A stretch of DNA of 64,000 nucleotides from Octopus sinensis (GCF_006345805.1 NC_043008.1:69936001-70000000); one strand, 5' to 3'. Positions 26,183-39,427 are shown, counted from the first letter of the stretch. Notes: generated by a model not told the origin, from the sequence alone. Made by a program: numbers and translations.

Positions 26183-27271
26183 CCTATGAATATATAAATA
26201 CACACACACATGTATATATATCTTCTTGCACATACATTTCTCCTATACCTGACATATTCTATAAGATTATAATTCTCAGTGATAACAATTACATTTTCTT
26301 TTCCATGTTTTTCTCACGTTTAACCACACTCTTCTCTCTTTCCTCTCCTTCGCTTTCCCTCTTTTCTTTATCCTTCTCTTATATTCTCTCTCTCTCTCTC
26401 ACTTTCTCTCTCTCATTATCTCACTCTCTGCCTCTCTCTCTTTCTCTCTCCCTACCATTACTCCTACAACCAGTACATAACCATGGTAACGAATTAGGTT
26501 TATTCTTTTGTGTAGTTATTGTCCTTTAAATCTGTTCCATATTGTTTCCCTTCCAACCATCTTTAAGAATTTTCATATTTTCATGAAAATTTAATAAACA
26601 GAGAGTAAATTTATTTTTAATGAACACTTACAACAATTTGATGATAGTATTAAAAAAGAACTTGTATGTGTACATGTATGTGTGTATATATATATATATA
26701 TATGCACACACAAAAATATTGTGTCCGTGTATGTGTGTGTGTTTGTCCATATCAATATAAATGTAACTGCGGGTGTATATGTGGACTGAATATCCATGTT
26801 TAAATATATATATATATGCATACATGCATACACATATATTTGTATGTACATGCACACACACACACATATGTATGTATACACACACACACATACATACATA
26901 TTGAGAGAGAGAGGAGAGAGAGAGGAGAGAGAGAGAGAAAGAGAGATGCATGGCTTGTGTTAAAACTGTATATTCTTCAGCAAAGTGACTTAGTGCTTGT
27001 TTCCATTGCAATGCATCTTGGGCAGGTTTCTCTACTACTGTTTAGTGTTGGCCATGGAATTTGGAATTCTGCAGAACCCCATCATATAACTGTGTGCATG
27101 TGTATGTGTGTATATATGTGTGTGTGTGTGTATTATATACACATGTGTGCATGTGCATGTGTGTGTATTTGTTATTTGTCTCTGCCTCTGCTGATGCTTA
27201 TGAGCTTGACAGCACACAACTAGTTGCAGCTGGGGTTATGCCATAATAGTGGTTCATCTACTAAATAACGG

Positions 27272-27718
27272 TGCGTTCAAAACATAGGGTCTATCAGCAG
27301 CCAGCCTCTTGACCCAGGGCAGTACTACCTCCTCCAGGCACTTGATGAAGGCCTCTGTTGAGTCTGAGGCTGGTGGGAAGATGAATGGAGGCATAATGTC
27401 ACCATCACTAGTGATCATTCTAAATACCATGATGTTGACTGGATGTTTGCTTTTTATCACACTTGGTATTTACTTTGAGGACGCAGATTGACACCAAACG
27501 CTCTGAAATGTTCGTATTGGAGCTTCTAGTGCAAATGCCAAGTAGTACAGCATGTTGTTTCCAAATTTCTGGTAGAGTGAATTACATTATGGTGCTGTTT
27601 TCTTTGCAGACAGTGCCCAACTGACTCTACTATACTGTGTAGTCAACAAAAAAAGCAAACAATGCACATGCATGAAATTAAAGATATAAAATGGCAACAA
27701 TTTACCCATTACACCCTG
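27272..27718 (-). mobile_element. DD37D mariner-like element, 5' end plus internal transposase fragment
   Basis: Ends ...TTACCCATTACACCCTG|TA. Minus ORF KHPVNIMVFRMITSDGDIMPPFIFP...YV overlaps the 15.7-kb copy. Confidence 0.8.
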
Positions 27719-27910
27719 TATATATTTATACACACACATATACATGTGTGTGTGTGTGTGTCTGTGTGTATAGATACATATATATATACAGTACATATAT
27801 ACACACACATGCATCTTATATATGTGTGTGTATATATATAAAATTATAAAGGCAATTCTGCAACATGGCCACAGTCAAATGACTGAAATAAGTAAAAAAA
27901 AAACAACAGA

Positions 27911-27965
<55 letters not shown>

Positions 27966-28389
27966 GTTTGTGTGTGTGCGAGAGTGTCTGACTGTGTTCA
28001 TTTTAAAAATAATTTTTAAGAATAGAGAAATATCTAAAAGTAAAAAAAAATAAATGTTGAAAACAAGAAATTGTAAAATGATATTTAATAGAATTTAAAA
28101 TTGTGAAGTGACAAAAAAAAAATTAATAAATAAAATAATGCGTGGGGTAGTTAAGGAAACAGAAATAAAAATTGTTTTGCTGTAAATTGAAACTTGTTAA
28201 TGACATAGAGAGCAAGAGGGAAAATAACAACTATAACAATAACAATGATAAATAATAATAATAATGATAATAATAATAACAACCACAACAACAGTAATTG
28301 TTACAATATTAATAATTTTATTTAAAAATAAAAATATTAATATTTATGATGAAAATGATAATACAAAATTAACATCAACAACAACAGCC

Positions 28390-28426
<37 letters not shown>

Positions 28427-28781
28427 TCTGTGTGTGATGTATAAAGAATAATCTCATCATCTCTTTGAAAAAATTATGAGTTTCTCAGAGAAAGCCTTGA
28501 AAGAAATAGATGAAATGATAAAAAAAACCCTTGATCTGACATATATGTATGTTGGCATACATATGAATAGATGTGTATATGCGTTAATCTCCCTTACCCC
28601 CTCTCCCTCTCTCTGTACATGCATATATATATGTATATATATATATATATGCATCCAGCCATGCATCATACATACATACACACAAACATATATATATATA
28701 TATACATATATACATATATATACACATATATTACATATATATTTGTACATATACATATACACACACATACATGTACATGTG

Positions 28782-28831
<50 letters not shown>

Positions 28832-29455
28832 ATCATCATTTAATGTCCATCTTCCATGCTGGCATAGGTTGAATGCTTTGACTTCAACAAGAATCTGCTG
28901 GGTCCAGTATCTGCTTTGACATGATTTCTACATCTGGATGCTCTTCTTAATGCGAACACACTTTCCAATGTGTACTGGATGCCTTTGTTGTGCCACTGAC
29001 ATTATTTAGGTTGCACTGCAGCTCACAAAATCTACAAGCCCCAAGGAATGGTAGCCATATAGTACCCTTATATTAGATAGGAGAAGAGATTGGGGTAGAA
29101 CAGGTTCATATTATAGAGGCACTACATTGCTACCCGTATTTCTGAGAGAAAATGAGAATAAATTGCCAATATCTCCAAAGAGATAAATATGTTTATATAT
29201 ATATATGTATATGTGTGGTTGTGCATATATGCCTTCATCATCCCCACTGTCACTTTACTGTCTGTTGTCCATGTTAGCAATCGTTTGATCCAGTGACCAA
29301 GGTCCAAGTTAGTTCTTACTCCTAAGTTCCGTGTTTGGCAATTTGTCTTTGACTTGGTGTCATTTGTAACACCAACCATATTAGAAAGTGTATTCAGAGG
29401 CTTTTATTGAGACATTCCCTCTTGGGATATTGACATACCATCGATAAGTCTAGAC

Positions 29456-29737
29456 CAGTGGTTCCCAAACTCCTTCAGGCTGCACCCCCCCTTGGTACTC
29501 AGGCCATATTCCTAGCACCCCCTCACTCTCTCACCACAAATATAGACTACTTTCTGCAACAAATTCAAAACAACTGTATTTCACAAAGGAAACTTAAACT
29601 TAATTAAACTAATAATATATTGTTTTTTTAATTCTATCACCCCATTTTGGCCCATTATCATTCAACTTTTCTTCAACGTCCCCTGGATCTTTCCACCATC
29701 CCCAAGGGGGCAGTACTGCCCACTTTGAGAATCACTG
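29456..29737. mobile_element. hAT (Charlie-like) MITE, 282 bp
   Basis: TIRs CAGTGGTTCCCAAA / TTTGAGAATCACTG. 8-bp TSD GTCTAGAC (29448) / CTCTAGAC (29738). Confidence 0.85.
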
Positions 29738-29799
29738 CTCTAGACTGACAATTCTTCTTGGACCTGTATTGTCACTGTTTGGAAACCATGTTAGTCAGT

Positions 29800-29950
29800 T
29801 AATCACTTAAAGTAGAGGCAACCTGTAGAAGAGGGAGACCTAGAAAGACATGGAATGATGTATTGAAGGCTAATCTCAAAATATCTGAAGGAGATGACAG
29901 AGGACTGAGATATGTGGCACATTGTTATATCCAAGAAGATCCATCCACCA
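29800..29950 (+). mobile_element. RTE 3' ORF fragment
   Basis: Translates VEATCRRGRPRKTWNDVLKANL. Confidence 0.7.
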
Positions 29951-31611
29951 CAACAGATATTCTTTCTTTTACTTGTTCCGGTATTTGACTGCAGCCATGC
30001 TGGAGCATGTGATGCTAATAGCCTGTTGTTAGAATTCAGTATTCATACTCTTCAGAAACTATCATCATCATCATTTAACATCTGCTTTCCAGGCTGGCAT
30101 GGTTTAGACAGTTTGCCTATGTTAATTAACAGGCACCTGTGCTGGTGGCACATAAAAAGCACCCTTCAAATATTGGGCCTTATTGAGCCAATGATAAGTG
30201 ACCAAGGCCTTTGGCGATATGCTGTGCTTGAGAAAACTCATCAAGCCAAGTGAAATCATTACGTGATGTTGGTGTCACATAATTGGCACCCATGCCAGTG
30301 GCACGCAAAAAGCACCCATTACACTCTTGGAGTGGTTAGTGTTAGGAAGGGCATCCAGTTGTAGAAGCAATACTAAATCAGATTAGAACCTGGTGTACAT
30401 GGTATAATACTGAGTACCTGAAATGTTCATTTTGCGATTACACTGCTTCATATAGCAAAAACAGCTGTAAGCTAATGAAATTGATTATGCAGTTCTTGTT
30501 ACATTGTCATTCAGTTAATCCATATTATATATATAAATGTATGTGTATATATGATGGACTCTCTCATTGAAGATGATATATGTGTGTTCAGTGAGAAAAC
30601 AGAAGAAAAAGTGATCCAACCAAATAGATAGTCAACAACACACATTACTATTACAACCATTCACCAATGTTAACAATCCATTCACTTCTTTTGTGCATGT
30701 ATGTGTGTGTTCATGTATGTGTGTATATAGATATATGTGTGTGTATATAGATATGTGTGTGTGTGTGTGTATGAATATTATAATGCAGCTGATATGCCTG
30801 GGCTAGAAAGAAATGTCGCAAGCTTGCTCTGCTGGGTATGTGTTATTAGCATACATAAACAAATGAGCACAATTGAACTGAGGAAAAAACTTTGATTTAA
30901 GAAGAAGCAGATGCTGTGTATGAGAGAGAAGAAGGCAACACTGATTGGAACACGTGATGTGGATGGTTGCTGACAGTTAGGTAAAGAATAAAGGCGACTA
31001 TAAGAAGACATGGGGGGGGGGGAGAGAAGTGAAGCCTGATCTCAAAAGCTTAAACATCACAGAGATTGATGATAAAGGATAGGAAAAATGGATGAGGTGC
31101 TGTGCTGGAGAAGACCTCTCAAGCTCATGCCAGCTTGGGAAAGAAATATCATAAGGAAGAGGATGACTGTAGTGGTGGCGATGAGGAAGTTGATTCATAT
31201 ATATATCAGTGTGTATACATATAGATCTATATAGATTTGCATACAGATATATACAATATATATATGGGTATGTTGCAGCACCTAATTTTTAACATTTTCA
31301 GATGTATAATTTAGTTACATGCTATGTACATATGTATCACATGTTAATTATGTTGAAGATTTGCTTTTTTTTTTAACATGTATACGTAGGCTCAAAGGAA
31401 TCCCCCCCCCACATCATCATCATCAATAATTAGAGCCCATATTCCATACAATTATGGGTTATATATACCTACACAAATACATATATAGAGAAATATATAT
31501 ATGTGTACATATAGCAGTATATATATGTATATATATCAAAGCCTTATGAGTGAATTTGTTAGACAGAAACTGAAAGAAGCTTGTTGTATGTGTGTATATA
31601 TATATATATAT

Positions 31612-31805
31612 AGGCGCAGGAGTGGCTGTGTGGTAAGTAGCTTGCTTACAAACCACATGGTCCTGGGTTCAGTCCCCTGCATGGCACCTAGGGCAAGTGT
31701 CTTCTACTATAGCCTCAGGCCGACCAAATCCTTGTGAGTGGATTTGGTAGAATGAAACTGGAAGAAGCCCGTCGTGTATGTATATATGTGTCTGTTTGTC
31801 CCCCC
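31612..31805 (+). mobile_element. SINE family C, 5' part
   Basis: GGCGCAGGAGTGGCTGTGTGGTAAG A box and GGGTTCAGTCCC B box. Confidence 0.85.
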
Positions 31806-32349
31806 AATGTGAGTATGGAAAAGTTGGCATTAAAATAATGAAAATGGTAAATAATATGGCAAGAATATGACTAACTGATCTCTCCTTACAAAAATTCTCT
31901 TAATACCAAATATGGTATCTTTAAGATGGAATGTTCACTCCTGAATATATATGTTGTTCCCTCACCTGTCGCATGTTTTCTGTAAATTTGAACCATATAT
32001 ATATATAGTTGAAATTTACAGAAAAACGAAAGTTGAAGACAGGAGTATAAACAGCAAGCAGGTATATTAGTTAGATGCTCAGGAAGGTGAGAAAGTCTTT
32101 TATGTTTTGAGCCTATGCTCTTCAACAGAAAGGAATGTGAGGAAATAAACAGAGAGCAAATAAAAAACTTTGGGAGTTAGTTTAATAACATGTATAGTTT
32201 AATAATATGTATAGATGTATAAATTAAAATAATTGATGTTTAAAATCCCCGGGGGAGTGGTGAATAACCTGGTCAGGTTGTCCATGAAGGTCAATGATTG
32301 GTGTAGCAGCATTATAGCCAACTGCTACAAATGCAAAAGTACCACATTG

Positions 32350-33052
32350 CCTGTGTAAGGATAGCTATGCTACATGGCTATGAAACAAAGGCTGTGACTA
32401 CTAAGGATATGTGAAGACTTGAAAGAAATGAAGCCAGTATGCTTTGCTGGATGGGTAATGTCAGTGTGCATATATGACAGTGTGTAAGTGGTCTGAGAGA
32501 AAAACTGAGTGTATGTAGCATCAGATGTAGTGTGCAACAGTGATGACAAATGGTATGGCTATGTAATGCATATGAATGAGGACAGTAGCATCAAGAGGTG
32601 CTAATTTCTAATTATAGAAGGAACATGTGGAGGCTTAGACCTAGGAAGATGTGGGAGGAATTGGTGGGAAAGGATCTACAAACTTTGGGTCTCACAGAGG
32701 AGATGACAAGGGACCAAGACATCTGGGAGTTTGCTGTACTTGAAAAGACACATCAAGCTAAGTAAAAGCATGGCTGCTCTTGCATAGAGGCTCATCCTTG
32801 CAACCCTCTCCAGCTGAGCATCCCTAATCTTGTGGGTTCATAAGTGCTGGTGCCATGTAAAAAGCACCCATGCCAGTGCTGTGTAATAGCATCCAGTACC
32901 CTTTGTAAAGTGATTGGTGTTAGGAAGGGCATGCAGCCATAGAAACCATGACAAAACAAACGTGAGGCCTGAACAGCACTTCAGCTGGTCAGCTTTTGAT
33001 AAACCATCCAACCCATGCCGGCATGAAAAACAGACGTTAAATAACGATGATG
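32350..33052 (+). mobile_element. RTE 3' fragment plus 3' UTR / family D tail
   Basis: AMLHG..ET.A, RLERNEASML.W and RPRKMWEELVGKDL. Ends ...GTTAAATAACGATGATG. Confidence 0.8.
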
Positions 33053-33154
33053 TATATATTGTTTATGCATGTGTGTGTGTGTGCTGGTGCCATGTAAAAG
33101 CACCCATGCCAGTGCCATGTAAAAGTGCCAGTGCCGGTGCCTTGTTAAGAGTAC

Positions 33155-35282
33155 TGGGAGGAAGTCTTATCTAACTGATCGACTGGGGAAGTCTTATCTA
33201 ACCCCGATATGTCCAAACAATTACTATTGAGGTCTATAACAATTTCAATCTCTGTCCTACTTCTGAAATAGATGCTGAGAACATTGAGGAAGTTATACAG
33301 CAGCCTCATCAAATCAACAGAGGAAGTTGCACTGGCTACTCTTCCCAAAAGGAAGAGTAGGGGCCAGAGCAAACCTTCTAATTCCCCAATGTCATCGAAG
33401 CCAGAAAACCATCTAAAGTCTATATCACTAGCTTACCACCGTTCTCCATCCCCGTCACTGAAGATCCACTCATAGCTGCCAGGAAGAATCTTGATGAGGC
33501 TTACTTGAACGCCGAGGTCGAATTTATCAATGGAAAATTAGTAAACTATCGAAAGAGCACATTAGTAAAAAACACCATCTCGCCTGGAAATCCATCAAAG
33601 ACCTATCAGGCAAAAATTCTGGGTCATCAATTGGAATTAAAGGGGATCAGCTAAGAAGCGTTTAGAAAATTGGTCAACCCATTTTAAAAACCTCCTTGGG
33701 AAGAATGCCAAAATCCCTGATAACCCCACTCTCCCAAGTGTACCTATATCAGACACGCTGGACATCAACACCTCCCCTTTTACCATATTTGAACTAACAG
33801 CAGCCACCAAGCAACAAAAGCCTCGAAAGCATTTGGTCCCGACAACATTCCGGCTGTGATTTGGAAGGATGATAGATTTCACACACTTTTGCTTAACCTC
33901 TGCAACCACACACTTTCCACCTTTGTCGCTCCAAAGATTTGGCACCAGTCTCAATCATTCCAATACCCAAAAAAGGCGATTTGTCCCTCGTCACCAACTA
34001 CAGGGGCATATCTCTAATGTCAATTGCTGCAAAACTGTACAACAAACTGATCCTAAATCGTCTTGTCCTTTTTGTTGAACCTTTGCTCCGAAAGAACCAA
34101 AATGGATTCAGACATGGGCGCTCAACGCTGAGCCAGATACTATGCCTGCGCAGACTTATTGAAGAATCAAAAGCATTTAATCGCGATCTTGCAATGGTAT
34201 TTGTAGACTTTTCTAAAGCGTTCGATTCTGTAGATAGGTGCAAGATGTTTGAAATCCTTAAGCTCTATGGGATACCAGACAAAATTATTTCTGCCATCAA
34301 GGTCCTCTACACAGATACGTCTTCACCATCTTAACCCCTGATGGAGAAACATCATCTTTCTCGATCGAGGCCGGAATACTGCAGGGAGACACACTCGCCC
34401 CATTTCTTTCATCATTGTTTTGATTATGTGCTACGTATGTCAGTGATAACCATCTCTGGCAGGGCTTTGAAATAAAACCAGAAGAAGTTCCAGACACCCA
34501 GCTGAGTACTTGACAGACACTGACTTTGCTGACGACATCGCTCTTATCAGTGATTCTCTCTCCAATGCCCAGTCTCTTTTACAATCTCTTGAACAAGCCT
34601 CAAATTGTGTAGGTCTTTACCTTAATGAGACCAAACTGAATACATAAACAAGTGCCTGTCCAACAGTGATTGCATCATCCACACTCTCAACAGTGCACTT
34701 TAAATATGGTTTCTGATTACAAATATCTTGGGTCATACTATCATCATCTGGAAAAGACTTTCTAACTAGAAAGGGTATAGCCTGGTCAGCCTGTAATGAC
34801 ATGCATAAGATCTGGTCATCAAATCTAAGTAGAGACTTCAAACTTGAAATATTCAAAGCCACAGTCGAACCAATCCTACTATATGGCTCAGAAACCTGGA
34901 CGTTATCAAAGAAGCTTGAGAGGTGGTTGGATGGAACTTACACTCGCCTCCTTATGAGAGCTCAAAATCTCTCGTGGAAGTGCCATCCAACCAAAATGCA
35001 AATATATGGGAAATTACCACCTGTGTCATCTCTTGTGAAAGGTAGGAGAGTCCAGTTTGCTGGACATTGTTGTAGAGCTGGAAAAGAAGTAATTTCTACT
35101 CTTCTCCTCTGGAAGCCATCTACTCGCAACACCAGAGGGCGCACACTCTCCTACCCTGATGTAATCTCCAGGGATACAGGCATCCAGCAACAGGACCTCC
35201 GTAATGCTATGATGGACCGTGAAGTCTGGCGCAACATGGTAAATTCCATTGTCTCGACCACGGTCGAACAATGATGATGATG
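33155..35282 (+). mobile_element. Young 5'-truncated RTE-clade LINE
   Basis: TSD AAGAGTAC at 33147-33154 and 35283-35290. (TGA)n tail. RT motifs throughout. No endonuclease domain remains. Confidence 0.95.
33160..35274 (+). pseudogene. Reverse transcriptase of the RTE LINE, frameshifted
   Basis: KAFGPDNIP, PIPKKGDLS..NYRGISL, QNGFR.GRST, FVDFSKAFDS, GILQGDTLAP, TDFADDIAL (~34520-34546), YLGS, LLYGSETW, MMDREVWR. Confidence 0.95.
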
Positions 35283-35504
35283 AAGAGTACCCAGTACACT
35301 CTGTTAAGTGGTTGGAATTGGGAAGGGTATCCAGCCACAAAAACCATGCCAAAATAGACAAATGGAACCTGGGCAGCTCTCCAGCTGGCCAATTCCTGTC
35401 AAACTGTCAACTCCTGCCAGCATAGAGAATGGACATTAAATGATGATAATATATATAATGTTATGCACTTATATAAACATATATATATATCTATATATTT
35501 TATA

Positions 35505-35549
<45 letters not shown>

Positions 35550-36354
35550 TGTGTGTGTGTGTATGATTGTGCATATACATATGTGTGTATATATGTATAT
35601 ATGTATATGCACATGTATATATTCATATGTATGTGTATGTATATAAATGTGTGGGCGTGTACACATTAGAATATATATACATATATGTATGTGCATGTAT
35701 ATATTCATATGTATGTATATAAATGTGTGTGCGTGTGTATATATTACGCATACATGTAAATGAATGTGATTGTGTGTCTGTATATGCACATAAGAATATA
35801 TATACATATATGTGTGCGTGTGCATTTATGCATATGTAATCCCTGTCACATGAAAACTATTTTTCCTGGCACACTGAAATTCCTAAATATTTTAAGCTTT
35901 TCATCGAATCAGTTTTACCTTCATGAATATATTTTTCATTTTTTTAAATAAATTTTATTAATTTTTTTTTTGGCAGTGGTGGTGGTATACCTACTCTATA
36001 CTTTTAGCGTATGTTATCAAAATTATTTGTATTCTTATTAATTTATACACACACATATATATATGTATATATATTTATGGATTTATAACATTTTTTTCCT
36101 TAGAATATTCTTAGCGTGTTGGCATTTATATGGAGAGTAATGGTGGTGGTGGTGGTGGTGTCCCTGAGAGTGGTGGTTTTGGAGATGGCATAGTTAGATT
36201 TTGTTTCTTCTGCAATTTTCTGTCTTGGAAAGCTTCGTCTTCCAGTTAAAGATGTTTGCAGGAACCAAGCCATAATTATCAGTAATGATTTCTGTTATAT
36301 GAAGATGTGAGATATTACATAATTATAATGAATATTTTCTGATAATTCGTTTTT

Positions 36355-36401
<47 letters not shown>

Positions 36402-36939
36402 TATATATAAATTTATGTATACACACACACACACACACATATACACATACACACAAAATGTTCCCAGAAGTATGTTAGCATTTAAGTGTTAAAATTTCTG
36501 AAGATCACAAGCTTATTGGGTATATACCTACATATCTAAATGTCTATCTTATGCACATACATATGCATCTCTCCTGTTACCCATTTATGTATATAAATGC
36601 ACACATACTTCATACACTCTCACACGTACACACATAAATATACACACACACCCACCCATGTATATATACACACACACACACACCCACCCATGTATACACA
36701 CACACACACACATAGAATATGATAAGTTTAATTCACTGGTGATCTAAACAAATAGATATGCCAAGTAAGTGCTATAGTCGGTCAGTTGTTAGGTTCACAG
36801 CTGAGGCTGGAACTAGGGATCCATAGTAGGCTTCTGAGTTAGGAGATATATATTCATGTTCACATTACCTTAATTAAATATTCTAAATGACTTGAGATAC
36901 TCATTCTGTCTTGATTTTTGTTGTCCTTCTTCCTGTTAA

Positions 36940-37705
36940 GGCAAGTGAAATTGAAATCAAATTCGATGACTGGCATCCGAGCTATTGGAGCGCTAAGAGC
37001 ACCATCCGAGTGTGATCATTGCCAGAGCAGCTAACTGGCTTTTGTGCCGGTGGCACATAAAAAGCACCATTCGAGTGTGATTGTTACCAGCATCGCCTTA
37101 CTGGCATTTGTGCTGGTGGCATGTGAAAAAACATTTGAGCGAGTTCGTTGCCAGTGCCGCTGAACTGGCTCCCATGCAGGTGGCATGTAAAAAATACTAT
37201 TTGAGCATGGCCGTTGCTAGTACTGCCTGACTGGCCCTCGTGCTGGTGGCACGTAAAAGCACCCACTACACTCTCGGAGTAGTTGACATTAGAAAGGGCA
37301 TCCAGCAGTAGAAATTCTGCCAGATCAGATTGGAGTCTGGTGCAGCCATCTAGTTCACCAGTCCTCAGTCAAATTGTCCAACCCATGCTAGCATGGAAAG
37401 CTGATGTTAAGCGATGATGATGATGATATACATACATACATACATATATATATAGCCAGTGCCCCCTGACTGGCTCCCGTACCAGTGGCATGCAAAAAGC
37501 ACTATTCGAACATCATCGATACCAGTGTCCCCTGCCTGACTCCCGTGCCTGTGGCACGTAAAAAGCACTCTTGAAATGGTTGGCATTAGGAAGGGCATCC
37601 AGCTGTAGAAACATTGCAAGATCAGATTGAAGCCTGGTGTAGCCACTGGCTTTCTAGACCTCACTTAAACCAGCATGGAAAACAGGCATTAAATGATGAT
37701 GATCA
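36940..37705 (+). mobile_element. Two family D elements (RTE-type tail) with an internal ~65-bp minisatellite
   Basis: Unit core GTGCCGGTGGCACRTAAAAAGCAC at 37044, 37110, 37174, 37240, 37479 and 37545. Tails GGGCATCCAGC...CATGGAAA...(GAT)n. Confidence 0.8.
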
Positions 37706-37710
37706 TGAAG

Positions 37711-37752
<42 letters not shown>

Positions 37753-37755
<3 letters not shown>

Positions 37756-38186
37756 AAATATTAGGGAATAAATCCAAACTTACAGGGAAAAATCAGATTT
37801 AGGATTGAATCCAATTTTATAGTAAATTATTATGTTATATTAAATTAGAGATAAAACCACTATTAGGCAAATCAAACAATGAAAAACTTAAGCCAATACA
37901 TAAAATTAAGTTATATTATTTTAAATATATATCAAAAGTATTAAAAGTTTAAACCTCGCTTAGATAAATATTTCAATTACCTGAAGATTGACTGTAACCA
38001 TAACTCGAATTATTATGAATTGGACAGCCATGAAACGATCGTAGTGTTTTACTCATTATCTTTTATTAAACTTTTAATACTTTTGATATATATTTAAAAT
38101 AATATAAATTAATTAATTTTATGTATTGGCTTAAGTTTTTCATTGTTTGATTTGCCTAATAGTGGTTTTATCTCTAATTTAATATA

Positions 38187-38187
<1 letters not shown>
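37753..38187. repeat. Fold-back element with ~120-bp arms and a hammerhead in the loop
   Basis: 37835-37952 is the reverse complement of 38066-38187. (TA)n on both sides. Confidence 0.9.
37975..38049 (+). ncRNA. Minimal type I hammerhead ribozyme motif
   Basis: TAC-CTGAAGA(37981)-TGACTGT/ACAGCCA stem II-GAAAC(38032)-GATC-GTA(38041)-GTG. Stem III is the palindrome ACGATCGT. Confidence 0.7.
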
Positions 38188-38218
<31 letters not shown>

Positions 38219-38226
38219 CACACGCA

Positions 38227-38261
<35 letters not shown>

Positions 38262-38563
38262 TGTGTGTATGTAGCATCGGATGTAGTGTGCAACAGAGAA
38301 GACTGCATTAATATGACTATGTAATACATATGAATGAGGACAGTTGCATCAAGAGGTTCTAATTTCTAATTATAGAAGTAACATGTGGAAGGCATGGAGG
38401 GCATCCCAGGAAGATGTGGGATGAAGTGGTGAGAAAGGATCTACAATCATTGGGACTCACAGAGGGGATGATGGGGGACCAAGACATCTGGCTTCATTTC
38501 TTTCAAGTCTTGATATACTCAATAGTCACAGCCCTTGTTTCACTGCCATGTAGCATAGCTGTC
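38262..38563. mobile_element. Rearranged RTE fragments: plus piece 38262-38491 joined to inverted piece 38488-38563
   Basis: The pieces match 32510-32726 (sense) and 32360-32437 (antisense). Confidence 0.8.
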
Positions 38564-39427
38564 TTTGGATCATTTTAATAGTGTGACAAGGAATCCCATC
38601 TTCCACAAATAGAGAATCTTCTTTAATCATAATCATTTCACCACTCGAGAAGTTTGGAAGGAGTCCTTTCTGCAATATGGACACATTTATTTGAGTTTTT
38701 CTTTCCCTCATACTCCACCAGCTCTGATCAACCATTGCTCCAAATTGTTACCCAGACCATTTCAGAATAACTGCTGTGTTTCATTGCTGGTTGCAAGCTT
38801 TTCACATCAAATTCTTGATCACAGAGTCTCCAGACCCACACTCAACCACTGTTAGGAAACACAGCAAATCTGGACTTGTGACCCAAAATGCTAATGGCTT
38901 CTCTACCATCTCACTGGCCCAATTTTTTCCCTGTTTCATATTGGCTGGCCAAAGATGTGGCTTTCTTCTTCCTGCTCTGCCATAGTAACCAAATTTGTGG
39001 AGATACCTGACAGCTGTTCTGGGACTGCCATCAACTTGCTCTGCTATGTCAGAGGTCTTGAAATGAGGATTATTCTCCACACTTCTCTTAGCAAAGAGAA
39101 GAGTCCTGTCAGACAGCCCTGGTTGATCTGGACAAGGTGATGTGGACTCTCTGATGAATTGCACAATCACTTTATTAACTGTAGAAAGTGGGATCCCAAG
39201 GTTTTGTGCTATTTTATGCTGACTATATCCACCACCAGAATGACCCACAATATGGCCTCTTTGAAATTCAGACAGTTCCAAAGCTTCCTTTGTACATGAC
39301 ATGATTAAGCAGTCACATATAGAATCTAAAACATAAAATGTCAATTAATAAGAAATATAAACCTTTACGAGTTAGAATAAACAGAAAACGATGTTTTATG
39401 GGGTGTCTATTTATTCTAACATGTGTG
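38564..39427 (-). mobile_element. Tc1-like transposon, 3'-truncated pseudogene
   Basis: Terminus TA|[40 protein letters not shown]...[12 protein letters not shown] (HTH), [10 protein letters not shown], and FVEDGIPCH (degenerate QDNAPCH) just before the break. Confidence 0.85.

Noticed and set aside
30544-30605. TCTCATTGAA/TTCAGTGAGA hairpin between TGATGG and GAAAAC
   Set aside because: Too degenerate to call a ribozyme or a pre-miRNA.
37040-37270. CRISPR-like repeat-spacer array
   Set aside because: The 'spacers' resemble each other, the repeats are degenerate, the context is eukaryotic and no cas genes are present. It is a minisatellite.
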